The notes under the pieces: generated by a model
The model's database searches: none
Seen by the model: the letters and a program-made list of their open reading frames with translations, nothing else
What the model was told of the DNA's origin: nothing
Shown: positions 20,934-31,491 of the stretch, piece after piece
How the letters are laid out: the number at the start of each line of letters is the position of its first letter
How positions within the stretch are numbered: the first letter of the stretch is position 1
Translations under genes and position numbers: made by a program
Origin: Nannocystis bainbridge
Lineage (GTDB): Bacteria > Myxococcota_A > Polyangia > Nannocystales > Nannocystaceae
DNA length: 64,000 bases
Assembly (NCBI RefSeq): GCF_028368995.1
Contig: NZ_JAQNDL010000001.1
Location: 3,328,001 to 3,392,000 of the forward strand
Reading direction: 5' to 3'

Positions 20934-22474
20934 CCCGACGCCCCCGGCTGCCCGCCTGCCTGCTGAGCGGCCTGCTCCTGTCTCTCGGGGCAGGTTGCAA
21001 GCGCAAGGACACCGTCAAGGTCGAGATCTTCGACGACGCCCCGCCGCCGGCGCTGACCGAGGCGCTCGGCGCCCTGGCCCCGCCCTGGCCCGCGCCCGAG
21101 CGGGTCGTGCTCGCCGACGGCCTCCTGGTCCACTGGCTGCGCGAGGAGGGCACCCCCGCGGTCCACCTGCGCCTGGTCTTTCCGACCGGCGACCTCAAGC
21201 CCGCGCTCCAGGGCGCGCCGGCGTTGATCGCCGCCCGCAGCGTCGCCCTCGAGCTCGAGGCCCTGGCGGCCCGCCTGTCGCTGCGGGTCGAGTTCACCCC
21301 GCGCGCCGGTCGCTACGAGGTCTCCGTGCACGGCGTCGACGCCGAGCTCCCGGCGATCCTCGCCGGCCTCGGCGACATCTTCTCCGCCCCCGCGCTCGAG
21401 GGCCCGCTGGTGCGCGCCCGCAAGCAGGTCGCCCACGACCTGCGCCCGCCCGACGCCGAAGCCCGCGCGCTCGGGGCCCTCACCACCCGCCTGCTCGGTG
21501 ACGTCGCGGCCGGCGAGCTCATCACCGCCAACGCCGTGCAAGAGGCCTCCGAGACCGCCTTGCGCGACGCCTGGGAGGCCCTCACCGACCCGCGCAGCGC
21601 CCTCTTGATCGTGCACGCCGGCGACACCCTCGCCGGCCACGACGGCGGCCTGTCCGACCTGGCCGGCCGCTGGAAGCCGCGGACCAAGCTGCTCGCCGCC
21701 CGCGGCCCCGCCGAGGAGGCGCTGGTGCGCCTGCGCCAGGGCCCGCGCCCGGCCGCCCCGCCGGCTCTTCACCTCAAGCGCCCGCCGATCGCCCCGCTCG
21801 AGCGCGTCGACCCGCCGCCCCCCAGCACGACCCGCAGCAGCCGCAGCCTGCTGGTCCTCGGCCGCTCGCTGCCCCTCGCCAGCGTGCGCGACCGGAGCCT
21901 CGCCCGCCTGGTCCAGCGCCACCTGCAGGCCGAGCTCGACATCCGCCTCAGCATCACCGGCGACGTCGGCCTCTTCACGATCCACGTGCCGCTCGGCGCC
22001 GCCGGACGCGGCAAGCCGGCCACCGACCCGCTCGAGGAGGTCGAGGCCGCCGACGAGGCCGCCGACCCCTCCGAGGCCGACCCGCTGAACCGCCGCCTCC
22101 GCCGCGAGCTCACCGTCATCCGCGACTACCTGCGCGAGCGCCCCCTCGCCCAGGACCTCATCGGCGCCGCCCAGCTGTGGCTCGGCGCGCGCATGGTCGC
22201 CGCCAGCGTCGACGGCGAGGACTGGACCGCGCTGTGGAGCGAGGCCCTCGACCTCTCCGTCGCCGACGGCGAGATCGTCGCCGCCCTCGCCCGCGACGCC
22301 GAGACCATGCTCGCCGCCACCCCCGACGAGGCCGCCGCCTTCATCACCCGCTGGCTCGACCTCGAGAAGAGCGAGCCCGGCTGGGCCTGGGTCGCGGTCG
22401 GCAGCGAAGCCGACCTCAAGGGCATCATCGCCGCCGAGAGCAAGGGCATCCAGTTCGACCCACCGCCCGAGTGA
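20930..22474 (+). CDS. M16-like lipoprotein partner subunit
   Basis: Lipobox GAGC; VLADGLLVHW and ALLIVHAGD M16-like segments; GTGA overlap with the upstream gene. Confidence 0.65.
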   Translation: MTRRPRLPACLLSGLLLSLGAGCKRKDTVKVEIFDDAPPPALTEALGALAPPWPAPERVVLADGLLVHWLREEGTPAVHLRLVFPTGDLKPALQGAPALIAARSVALELEALAARLSLRVEFTPRAGRYEVSVHGVDAELPAILAGLGDIFSAPALEGPLVRARKQVAHDLRPPDAEARALGALTTRLLGDVAAGELITANAVQEASETALRDAWEALTDPRSALLIVHAGDTLAGHDGGLSDLAGRWKPRTKLLAARGPAEEALVRLRQGPRPAAPPALHLKRPPIAPLERVDPPPPSTTRSSRSLLVLGRSLPLASVRDRSLARLVQRHLQAELDIRLSITGDVGLFTIHVPLGAAGRGKPATDPLEEVEAADEAADPSEADPLNRRLRRELTVIRDYLRERPLAQDLIGAAQLWLGARMVAASVDGEDWTALWSEALDLSVADGEIVAALARDAETMLAATPDEAAAFITRWLDLEKSEPGWAWVAVGSEADLKGIIAAESKGIQFDPPPE

Positions 22475-22945
22475 CGCGCCTGTCCCGAAGGACAGCCCCG
22501 TCACCGGCGACGAGCCCAACCCGCAGCACAGCCCGCCTCGAGTGACGCGCCCTCCTTCGGGAGAGCCTCCCTCCGAGTGACGAGCCCACCCCGCAGGACA
22601 GCCCGCCCCGAGTGACGCGCCCTCCTTCGGGAGAGCCTGCCTCCGAGTGACGAGCCCATCCCGAAGCACTGCCTGCCTCCGAGTGACGAGCCCATCCCGC
22701 AGCACTGCCCGCCTCGAGTGACGCGCCCTCCTTCGGGAGAGCCTCCCTCCGAGTGACGAGCCCATCCCGAAGCACTGCCCGCCTCGAGTGACCAGCTCAC
22801 CCCGCAGGACCGCGTCATCCGAGTGACCAGCCTGTCCCGAGGGACAGCCCATCCGGGTGACCAGCCTGCCGCGAGACCGCGTCACCGGGCGACGAGCCTG
22901 TCCCGAAGGACAGCCCCACCGAGTGACCAGCCCGTCCCGAGGGCT
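22468..22945. repeat. Tandem array of about 14 x 32-37 bp units beginning CGAGTGAC
   Basis: Units at 22468, 22505, 22539, 22574, 22609, 22644, 22680, 22715, 22750, 22785, 22820, 22854, 22886 and 22920; interspersed unit types. Confidence 0.9.
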
Positions 22946-23078
22946 TTGCTTCACCACTCTGTCGACGACTCCGCAGCGCCGAGCCTGTCCGTCAGGGCGT
23001 CTCGATCCACCGCCTGTTCTCCCCGCCGAACATGCCCCTCGGTGCATTCATCATACCGAAGAATGCACCGAGCTCGGC

Positions 23079-23522
23079 TCACTGCGGCTTCGGCAGCCCC
23101 AGGGTGCCCTCGCAGCCCCACCGCCCCCCGCACGACTCGTCGACGGCGCAGTACCGGGTCAACGGCTCGAGCGCGGCCGTGATGTCCGTGACCTCGCAAC
23201 GGCTCCGGGCGCACACGGCGAGGCCGGCGGAGTCGTCGGACATACAACCGAGCACGCAGCTGCACGAGCGGTCGTCGTCGCAGGCCTGGACCCCGTCGCA
23301 GCAGGAGCTCCGCAGGCACGAGCGGCACTCCGAGTCGTCCTCCTCCGGCTCGCACTCGTTGCCCGGCTCCCAGTCGTCGTTGTCGTCGTCTTCGTCGTCT
23401 TCGTCGTTGTCGTCGTCTTCGTCGGTCTCGCCGCCGCCCGACGGCCCCAGATCGCAGTCTTGAATGAAAGGAATGGCGAACACCAGGCTCGCCGCGAGGA
23501 CGCTCGTAGATTGAAATAGCAT
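23079..23522 (-). CDS. Secreted acidic, Cys-rich hypothetical protein
   Basis: gaggag RBS; hydrophobic N-terminus; D/E run; CRSCLRSSCC...C repeats. Confidence 0.7.
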   Translation of the reverse strand: MLFQSTSVLAASLVFAIPFIQDCDLGPSGGGETDEDDDNDEDDEDDDNDDWEPGNECEPEEDDSECRSCLRSSCCDGVQACDDDRSCSCVLGCMSDDSAGLAVCARSRCEVTDITAALEPLTRYCAVDESCGGRWGCEGTLGLPKPQ

Positions 23523-24071
23523 GACTCTCTCTTCTCCTCGACGCTGAGCCGGGTCGGGCCGTACGTCCGTCCGCCCCCGTCGTCGTGTGAAACTCTGCTG
23601 CACACCGCGGTACCGTCAATCGCCGAATGTTGACATTCGGCACACGGTCGCATCTGTGACGCACCCCCCTGATCCGCGACCGCCCGGCGAGCGTGCGCTG
23701 CAGAACACCGGTCCGCAGGCGATCGCCAGCCCGCCCCAGCCCGCTCCGGAGCGCCCGCCTGCCCCGCCGCGCGCCAAAAGTGCCACCCGCCACACTCACG
23801 CCCGCGATCTGGCCCACGCGCTCACCCGCCTCACCGTGTTCACGTCCCCCACATCCATTGCCGGCCCGCGCGTGCGTGCGGCTCCAGGCGCGCGCGCTCG
23901 AATCACCCGGGTCCGCGAAGCCACGGCGAGCTCGAACGCGGCCCGACACGGCAAAATCATCCGAGCGGAAGCCGCGGTGTTGCACCCCCGGCCCACGGTC
24001 GACATGACGAGAATGTGTAGAGGGGCGCCTGGCACCCGGTCTCGCGAGTTCGCGCCGCCGCGCCCCGGCAG

Positions 24072-24491
24072 TCAGTCCTCGTCGCGGGCGCCGTCGAGCC
24101 AGTCGCACGCGCTGGCCGCAGCGTCCGCCAGCTCCGGGTCGTTGTCCGAGGCGAGCGCACGAAGCTCGGGCAGCAGCGCGTCGAGCCCCTCCGCGCCGTA
24201 AGATTTCGCCTGCACGACGACGCCGATCGTGCGCGAGGGATCTTCGACGAGCTTGGTGCGCAAGACGGCCACGCCGCCCGCGCCCCACGCCACGACGAGC
24301 CTGGCGATCCGCCAAAAGACATCGCGGTACTCCGCGGCCGCCCACACGCGCCGCAGCAATTCAGCCCCACGCTCGGGCCCGAGGCCCTGTGCCACCTCCG
24401 CGAGGTGCGCCAGGCGCTGCTGATGCGCGAGCCATGCCTCGTCGGTTCGGCGCTCGGTGCTCTCCGCGAAGTCGCCCAGGAGGTCCGCCAC
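24072..24491 (-). CDS. Hypothetical helical protein
   Basis: 139-aa ORF with plausible composition and codon usage. Confidence 0.5.
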   Translation of the reverse strand: MADLLGDFAESTERRTDEAWLAHQQRLAHLAEVAQGLGPERGAELLRRVWAAAEYRDVFWRIARLVVAWGAGGVAVLRTKLVEDPSRTIGVVVQAKSYGAEGLDALLPELRALASDNDPELADAAASACDWLDGARDED

Positions 24492-24651
24492 GGCAAAAAG
24501 TCTAGCCCGGCGCGACGCCGATCGGCAGCGCCCCTATCGGAGGAGGCCACCTCCCCCTCGCCCCCCGATCGGTCCGTCCCCAGCCTCGCCGCCCACCCCG
24601 AGAGCCCACTTCACTCCCGGCGCCGCGGACCAAGCCGCCCCGCAGCGATCG

Positions 24652-26784
24652 TCAGCCGCGATTTCTTCCCTTACCGTGCTCATCCGCATGATGCTCATGC
24701 GAATGATGCTCGTGCGAATGACGTTCATCCGCATGATGCTCGTGCGAATGATGCTCATCCGCATGATGCTCATCCGCATGATGCTCGTGCGAGTGATGCT
24801 CATCCGCATGATGCTCGTGCGAATGCCCATGCCCGTGCAAGTCCTCGTGCCCGTGCCCGTGCGCATGCCCGTGCCCGTGCCCGTGCCCATGCGTGTGCCC
24901 GTGCTCGTGTGAATGCTCGTGTGAATGCTCGTGCTCATGCGCTCGCGAGTGCACATGCGCATCGTCGTACGAATGTGAGTGCACATGCGAATGATCATGC
25001 CCATGCCCATGATCATGCCCATGATCATGCCCATGATCATGCGAATGCCCCTCGCGCTCCCACAACCTCGCGAAGAACGCCTGCGGCCCCTGGCGCACGA
25101 ACGACAACAAGAACAGCCCGCCGAGCGCCCACGCGGCCACCTCTGCCAGCGGCCCGTGCCCGGCATCCGGCTGCACCCCCGCCACTCCGCGCAGGTCCGG
25201 CAGCGTCAGGTCGACCAGCATCCCCAGCCCGGCCGCCAGCACCAGCATCGCCGCTGCGAAGCGGGCTGCCGTCGCGCGCCCGTGCTCCTGCGCCAGCACC
25301 CCGAACGTCGTCGCGTTCGTCGCCGGTCCCGTCAGCAAGAACGCCAGCGCGGCCCCTGGCGACAGCCCCTTCGCCAGCAGCGCCGCCACCAGCGGCGTCG
25401 CTCCCGACGCGCACACATAGATCGGCACCCCCAGCGCCGCGAACAGCAGCACCTGCAGCGGCCCCGGGATCGCCGTCAACGCCGACGGATCGATCCACGG
25501 CTCGATCAGCGCCGCCACCAGCAGTCCCAGCCCGATCCACGGCGCCGTCGTGTCCACCAGCTCGCCGAACCCCGTGCGCAGCCCTTGCAGCAGCCGCACC
25601 ATCGCCGGCCCGCGCGGCCCCGCCTCCGCCTCGACGCTCCCGCCGAGCCGCCGCGCCTGCCCGCCGACCCACCAGCCGACCAGCCACGCCACCAGCGCCG
25701 CCGCCAGCACCCGCAGCACCGTCATCTCGGCCCCGAGCAGCGGCCACGACAGCAAGATCGCGTCGACCCCCAGCTCCGGCGTGGCGATGAAGAACGCCAT
25801 CGCCGCCGCCGCCGGCACCCCGCGCTGCAGCAGGCTGCGGTACACCGGCACCACCCCGCACGAGCACAGCGGCAGCGGCAGCCCGACCACCATCCCGCGC
25901 AGCGCTTGCCCGGCCGGCCCTCCGCGTCGCAGCCACCGCACCGGCGCCTCCGGCATCAGCCCCGACACCAGCCCCGCCAGCGCGTACGCCAGCAGCAGCG
26001 CCGGCGCGCTCTCTCGCACCAGCCCGCCCAGCGACGCCAGCGTGCGCGCCAGCGGGTCCGCCTCGCCGTGCGTCTCGGCGGCCAGCGCCACCAGCACCCC
26101 CAGCCCCATCAGCCCGCCGACCACCGCGCCGATGCGGGCCCCGCGGCTACCTGTCTCCTGGGACCTGTGCCCCACGACATGCAACAACAGCCCGCCGACC
26201 ACCGCGTGGAACAGCCCCAGCCAGCTGGCGTCGAGCGCCGCGAACGACGCGTCGGCGAACACATAACCGGCCACCGTCGCCGCCCCCAGCAGCAGCAGCG
26301 ACCCCGCCGCCACCACGAACCCGCTCGGCGACAGCAGCCACCACACCCCGACCGCCACCGGCAGCTGATGGGCGATCACCGCCACCTCGAGCCCGTGCGA
26401 ATCGCCCTCCTCGAAGTGCGCCAGCGCCAGCGCCAGCCCGTCGGTGAACGCGTGCAGCGCCATGCCGGCGATCGCCAGCAGCAGCGCCGCGCGGTGCGTC
26501 CCGCGGGCCGCCAGCCGCAGCGGCCCCTCGGCGATCGCCGGCCCTGCCAGCCCGGCCAGCAGCGCCAGGAACGCCGGCCAGCCCGCCATCGCCAGCGCGC
26601 GCGGCACGATCTCGAGCGCCACCAGCCCGCTGACCGCCACCAGCACGAAGCTGTCGAGCGCCGCCATCGTCCCCCGCTCGCGCCGGGCCGCCGCGTGCAG
26701 CACCGGGCCGAGCACCAGCGCCGCCACGCTGATCGCCAGGGTCCAGGTGCCGTGGGAGTCGCCGCTCATCGCGGGCGGGACCAT
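24652..26784 (-). CDS. SO_0444/DUF318-type metal permease with ZIP-like N-terminus and long His-rich tail
   Basis: HAFTDG and AHQLP (ZIP-like); PLPLCSCGVVP, ATPELGVD, YVCASGATP and FLLTGPATN (DUF318); poly-His C-terminus. Confidence 0.88.
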   Translation of the reverse strand: MVPPAMSGDSHGTWTLAISVAALVLGPVLHAAARRERGTMAALDSFVLVAVSGLVALEIVPRALAMAGWPAFLALLAGLAGPAIAEGPLRLAARGTHRAALLLAIAGMALHAFTDGLALALAHFEEGDSHGLEVAVIAHQLPVAVGVWWLLSPSGFVVAAGSLLLLGAATVAGYVFADASFAALDASWLGLFHAVVGGLLLHVVGHRSQETGSRGARIGAVVGGLMGLGVLVALAAETHGEADPLARTLASLGGLVRESAPALLLAYALAGLVSGLMPEAPVRWLRRGGPAGQALRGMVVGLPLPLCSCGVVPVYRSLLQRGVPAAAAMAFFIATPELGVDAILLSWPLLGAEMTVLRVLAAALVAWLVGWWVGGQARRLGGSVEAEAGPRGPAMVRLLQGLRTGFGELVDTTAPWIGLGLLVAALIEPWIDPSALTAIPGPLQVLLFAALGVPIYVCASGATPLVAALLAKGLSPGAALAFLLTGPATNATTFGVLAQEHGRATAARFAAAMLVLAAGLGMLVDLTLPDLRGVAGVQPDAGHGPLAEVAAWALGGLFLLSFVRQGPQAFFARLWEREGHSHDHGHDHGHDHGHGHDHSHVHSHSYDDAHVHSRAHEHEHSHEHSHEHGHTHGHGHGHGHAHGHGHEDLHGHGHSHEHHADEHHSHEHHADEHHADEHHSHEHHADERHSHEHHSHEHHADEHGKGRNRG

Positions 26785-27520
26785 AGCCTGAAATCACCGC
26801 GCGGCGGCACCGGACCGGACGCCGTTTTCAGCCCTCCCCTGGCCCCCTCCGGGCGAGTCGACCGACCCGGCGGACGGCCTGCACCCGCGTCACCCGGCCG
26901 CACGCCCTGCCCGTCCGCGTCGCTGCCGCCGCCCCGCCATCGCAGTCACTCGCCACAGTTCCTCCGCTGCCCGCCTGCGACGCACCTTCGCAGGTGCCTC
27001 GGCTACCGCATCCACCCACGCCCACCACCCGCTGCGACGCCCCCTCGCAGCATCGACAAGCCCCGCTGCAGCCGTCCCCCGGTCGTGCCGACCGACGCCG
27101 CACTCGCAGACACACATCTCCACGGCATCGACCTGCGCCGCCGTCCACTCGCCCTCACCACCGCGGCTCCCCGCAGATCCGCCCTCGCATCACGCCTCCC
27201 TCCCTCTCGACCGCAATCTCGGCCACCACGCCGCGCCCCGGGAATCCTCGTCCCTTCGACCTCGCGCGGTCGGGGTCCGTCCTCGCCGCGCTCGGGGCCT
27301 CACCGTGGCTGCCGCCGTTCACCGGCCATGGCCCTGCCAATGCGACAACCTGTCTAAAAAGACATGACCCAAGCGCCATGTCCCTTCGCACCCGAACCTG
27401 CCGACCGCGCCACACGCGCAATTCGACCTCGTGGAGCCTTCCGCCTTTGCCGTTCGCGGCGGCCCGGACGAGCGACGCTGCGCGTTGACGGCTCGTGGCG
27501 GCGCCCGCCATTCTCCGGCC

Positions 27521-28939
27521 ATGGCCTTTTGGACACGGTATCTCCTCGCGCTGTCGACCCTGGCGGCGTGCGGCGGCGGCGACGGCGACGACACGGGCGC
27601 GACCAGCACCACCCTCGCCTCGACCATGACGATGGCCTCCGCGGCCACCATGAGCGCCGCCACCACCGAAGGGGAAGACGGCACTGCCAGCACCACGGGC
27701 GGCCCGGCCACCACCCTCGAGCCGACCACCGCCACCTCCGTCACCGGCAGCACCACCGCGGTGATGTGCGCCGACGGCGAGGAGGGCTGTCCTTGCCTCC
27801 CGCTCGCCACCTGCTTCCCCGGGCTTCAGTGCATCGACAACTTCTGCTTCGGCCCCGAGGCCACCACCGACGGTCCGCCGATCATCTGCGGCGACGGTGA
27901 AGCCGGCCCCGGCGAGGTCTGCTTCAAGCCCTTCGCCCCGCTCGGCATGGGCTCGGGACCTGTCTCCGTCGTCGTCGCCGACTTCAACGCCGACGGCAAC
28001 GACGACATCGCCTGCGCCAACAACATGACCAATAACGTGACCGTGAGGACCGGCAAGGGCGACGGCGCCTTCAATGCCCTCAACGCTCTCGGCGTCGGCA
28101 TGGGCCCGTACGCCGCCGCCGCGCCCGACCTCAACGCCGACGGCGCGCCCGACCTCGTCACCGCCAACATCACCAGCAACGACCTCTCCGTGTTCCTCAA
28201 CGGCGGCGGCACCCTGGCCCCGCAGGCGGCCGTCCCTGTCGGCGCCCAGGCCCGCCACGTCGTCGCTGCCAGGCTCAACGGCGACGAATTCGACGACCTC
28301 GTGGTCGCCAACTACATGGACAACACCCTCACCGTGCTGCTCGGCGACGGCGTCGGCTTCCCCGCGCCTGCCGGCATCGCCGTCGGCGCCGGTCCGACCT
28401 GGGTCGCGGTCGGCGACATGAACGGCGACGGCACCCAGGACCTCGTCAGCGCCGACTACGGCGCCAGCACCCTCAGCGTCGCGCTCGGCAACGGCCTCGG
28501 CAACTTCGGCCCGCCGACCGCCTCGCCCGCCGGCGGCCAGATCTACGCAGTCGGCGTCGCCGACCTCGACGGCGACGGCGACACCGACGCCGTCGTCACC
28601 GTCCCTGCTGCCGGCCAGGTGTTCGTGCTTCAGGGCAACGGCCTCGGCGGCTTCGGCGGCGCGATCCCCTACCCCTGCGGCGTCGACCCCATCGGCATCC
28701 TCCTCCTCGACGTCTCCAACGACGGCGACACCGACATCGTCGTCGCCAACCGCGGCGGCAACACCGTCAGCGTCCTGCGCGGCAACGGTAAGGGCGGCTT
28801 CGGGGCCCCCGAATCGTTCCCCGTCGGCATCGCCCCGTATGTGGTCGCCGCCGGCGATTTTAATAAAGATGGCGCGATCGACCTCGTCACCGCCAACAAC
28901 GGCGACAGCACCGTCAGCGTCCTCGTCGCCAACCCCTGA
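27521..28939 (+). CDS. FG-GAP/VCBS repeat beta-propeller lipoprotein
   Basis: Lipobox LAAC; Thr-rich linker; seven D-x-N/D-x-D-G-x-x-D repeats. Confidence 0.9.
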   Translation: MAFWTRYLLALSTLAACGGGDGDDTGATSTTLASTMTMASAATMSAATTEGEDGTASTTGGPATTLEPTTATSVTGSTTAVMCADGEEGCPCLPLATCFPGLQCIDNFCFGPEATTDGPPIICGDGEAGPGEVCFKPFAPLGMGSGPVSVVVADFNADGNDDIACANNMTNNVTVRTGKGDGAFNALNALGVGMGPYAAAAPDLNADGAPDLVTANITSNDLSVFLNGGGTLAPQAAVPVGAQARHVVAARLNGDEFDDLVVANYMDNTLTVLLGDGVGFPAPAGIAVGAGPTWVAVGDMNGDGTQDLVSADYGASTLSVALGNGLGNFGPPTASPAGGQIYAVGVADLDGDGDTDAVVTVPAAGQVFVLQGNGLGGFGGAIPYPCGVDPIGILLLDVSNDGDTDIVVANRGGNTVSVLRGNGKGGFGAPESFPVGIAPYVVAAGDFNKDGAIDLVTANNGDSTVSVLVANP

Positions 28940-28969
28940 CGACCGCAGCGACCCGGGCTGCCCGACCGG

Positions 28970-29035
28970 ATGTCCCTTCGTACATGACTCAAGGGACATG
29001 CTCATCAAAGCATGCCCCTTGAAACATGTCCTTCG
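28970..29035. repeat. 14-bp-period CATG array between convergent genes
   Basis: acatgactcaaggg/acatgctcatcaaa/gcatgccccttgaa/acatgtccttcg. Confidence 0.7.
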
Positions 29036-29073
29036 CGCCACCTGCCGTCACGACGGGCGGCCCGGGCCGGCGC

Positions 29074-29598
29074 TCAGCTACCGGCCTTGCCGTTGGCGCG
29101 CAGCCACTGGTTCGTGTACTCGGCCGCCTTTTGATACGACTCGCGCATCGTCTTCTCGAGGAACTTCTCGACCATCCCGCCGACGCCGAACATCTTGACC
29201 TCGATCTCGAACTCGGCGACGCGGTCCGACTGACCGGGCCCCGTGCGCTCGAGCCACATCTCGGCCTTGATCGTCGTCTTGTCGGCCAGCTTCGACGGCA
29301 GCACCCTGGCGAACCACTTCGGCGTGTTCGGCCCGCTGACCTCGAGGCGGCCCTCCTCGACGTACGACACCGAGTCGCCGAGCACCTTGCGGATCGCCGC
29401 CGGCGCGTCGATCTTCGGCGTCACCCGCACCTTCCGCGTCTTGCGGCCGTCCGGCGGGCTCGTCTCCTCGACGACGTCGAACGCCTCGAACTCGAGGCCC
29501 TTCTTGTACAACTTCTCGTTGTAATCGTGGTCGAAGAACACCTCGCGCCAGAACGGCTCCGGCTCGATCGCGTACGGGTGCCTGATCGTGAACTTCAT
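29074..29598 (-). CDS. DUF2505-like (START/SRPBCC fold) protein
   Basis: MKFTIRHPY...FWREVFFD...VKMFGVGGMVEKF pattern. Confidence 0.75.
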   Translation of the reverse strand: MKFTIRHPYAIEPEPFWREVFFDHDYNEKLYKKGLEFEAFDVVEETSPPDGRKTRKVRVTPKIDAPAAIRKVLGDSVSYVEEGRLEVSGPNTPKWFARVLPSKLADKTTIKAEMWLERTGPGQSDRVAEFEIEVKMFGVGGMVEKFLEKTMRESYQKAAEYTNQWLRANGKAGS

Positions 29599-29718
29599 CG
29601 CCCGCGGTTTTTTCACGCGCCCGCCCCCGCGTCAACCGCCGGGCCCCCGCGCGTGCCCGGGCCTCCACGCGCCCGCGGACGCCGTCCGCAGCGGAGTCCG
29701 CGGACCTGGTGTCGCGCA

Positions 29719-29834
29719 ACCCGCGCGACACCACCCCGCGTCGACGAATTCGTGCGTGCTGCCCGAGTCATCGCCCTCACGCGCGCCGACTCGGCGACCC
29801 GCGCGACACCACCCCGCGTCGACGAATTCGTGCG
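29719..29834. repeat. 38-bp exact direct repeat x2
   Basis: acccgcgcgacaccaccccgcgtcgacgaattcgtgcg at 29719 and 29797. Confidence 0.85.
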
Positions 29835-30338
29835 CCCCGAGCCACCGCCATGACGCTCGCGACTCGAGCGGCCGACCGCGCCGCTGCATCGTGCTCCGCG
29901 AATGGCCTCCCAACTCGCGATCTCGCTTCGACCCACGGCCGGCTTGAGTCGAGGGCTGGCGCAGGTCGAGGGGCCAGCGGACGAGCAGCTCTCGTCACGG
30001 TGGCCACGCCTCTCGGAGCGATCGCGTCCGCATCATGTCGCATGAGACATGCCGTCAGCGACGGTCGGCGGATTCGCGAAGGACCTGCCACGAATGCATC
30101 TCCCGCGCTCCCTGCGTATCGTCAGCTCGCCGCAGACCGGCTCGCCATCCCCCGCGATGTGATACCCCATTGAGCTGAAGGCAGCACCAACATGCAGGAT
30201 GTCTCGCAGCTGATCGCCGACGCGTCCGCCCGCGACCTCGCGCCCGAGCGGTCGATCGAGCTCGCGCACACGCCTCTCCCGCCGGTGGCCGCGGCCCTCG
30301 CCGCGTCCGAGCGCCGCCACCCGCGGCTCTACCGGTGA

Positions 30339-30407
30339 GGCCTCCCCGTGTCCGGCTTTGCTGCCCTGCTTCTTGACCCCGCAGCCGCGCCCCGTCTCGT
30401 CCTTCAG
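30339..30407 (-). pseudogene. Duplicated fragment of the FGE-sulfatase gene
   Basis: Near-identical to 31844-31911 (encodes LKDETGRGCGVKKQGSK), with one extra T and one substitution. Confidence 0.8.
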
Positions 30408-31351
30408 ACTCGCCGCGTGCGACCGCTCTGCATGGCGAACGCGATCCCTGTCTGCAGGGTCCCGCGCGTGACGAGCTCGTCGAGGTTGAAGCCGCCCGAG
30501 ACCAGGCCCTGCGCGATCGCGGGCCGGATGCCCGTCAGCACCACCTGCGCGCCCAGCAGCCGCACCGCCTGCGCGGCCTGGACGAGCCCCTGGGTGCCCT
30601 CGGCGTCGATCTCCGGGACCCCCGTGATGTCGAGGATGGCGGTCGTCACTCGCAGCCGCTGCACCTCGTCGAGGAGCACGCTCAGCGCCTGCTGCATGCG
30701 CGTCTGGTCGAGCTGGCCGACGAACGGCATGACGATGATCTCGTCGCTGATCGGGATCACCGGCGCGGACAACCTCGCCAGCAGCTCGCGCTGCGCCTGG
30801 ATCGTCTCCTCCTTGCTCAGGCGCAGCGCCTCCTCCGCCCGCTTGCGGTCCGTGATGTCGACGAGCGACACGAAGCACCGCTCCCACGTCTGCTCGCAGT
30901 CCGCGCCGACGACGACGCGGAACATGATGTTCCTGTCCTCGCCGAGGAGCGTGGAGATGACCGTCTCTTCCTCGTACGACATCGCCCCGCTCCCGAGCGC
31001 GACCAGCTCGCGCCGGAACGTGTCGAGCGATTTCTCGTTGAACACGACGGACAGCGCCCGCAGCAGTTGATCCTTGTCCGGAGCCTGGCACAGCTCGAGC
31101 GTGGCCCGGTTGACATCGAGGATCCGCACTACCTCCAGGCACGCCAAGACGTCGTCGACGTGGTGCCGGAGGTGCGCGTCGAGATCGACGCCAGTGGCGA
31201 GCAGCCGGTCGAGGTGCTGCTTGACCGCGGACCAGTCCTCCTCCCAGAGCGAGATCGGTGAGCTCTCGAAGATGTTGCGGTAACGAGCCTCGCTGCGCTC
31301 GAGCTCCGTCACGCGCTGACGCAGCTGGGTGAGCTCATGGTCCGTATTCAT
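30404..31351 (-). CDS. PAS-STAS (RsbR-like) sensor protein
   Basis: YRNIFESSPISLWEED PAS domain; LSAPVIPI, ILDITGVPEID and VVLTGIRPAIAQ STAS domain. Confidence 0.9.
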   Translation of the reverse strand: MNTDHELTQLRQRVTELERSEARYRNIFESSPISLWEEDWSAVKQHLDRLLATGVDLDAHLRHHVDDVLACLEVVRILDVNRATLELCQAPDKDQLLRALSVVFNEKSLDTFRRELVALGSGAMSYEEETVISTLLGEDRNIMFRVVVGADCEQTWERCFVSLVDITDRKRAEEALRLSKEETIQAQRELLARLSAPVIPISDEIIVMPFVGQLDQTRMQQALSVLLDEVQRLRVTTAILDITGVPEIDAEGTQGLVQAAQAVRLLGAQVVLTGIRPAIAQGLVSGGFNLDELVTRGTLQTGIAFAMQSGRTRRV

Positions 31352-31491
31352 CGATGTCTCCCGCAGCCCGACGCGCAGGCGCTCGCGGCGAGGATGCCAT
31401 GACGGCGCCCGCGAAGGCGAGCGTCAGCATCGACGACTCGCGTCCGCGGCGGGACGCGCGGCGCGCCACCTACATCACGGGCGCGCCGGCC

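Noticed and set aside
22468-22945. Possible CRISPR array
   Set aside because: The variable parts recur as near-identical types and the period is only ~35 bp, so there are no unique spacers.
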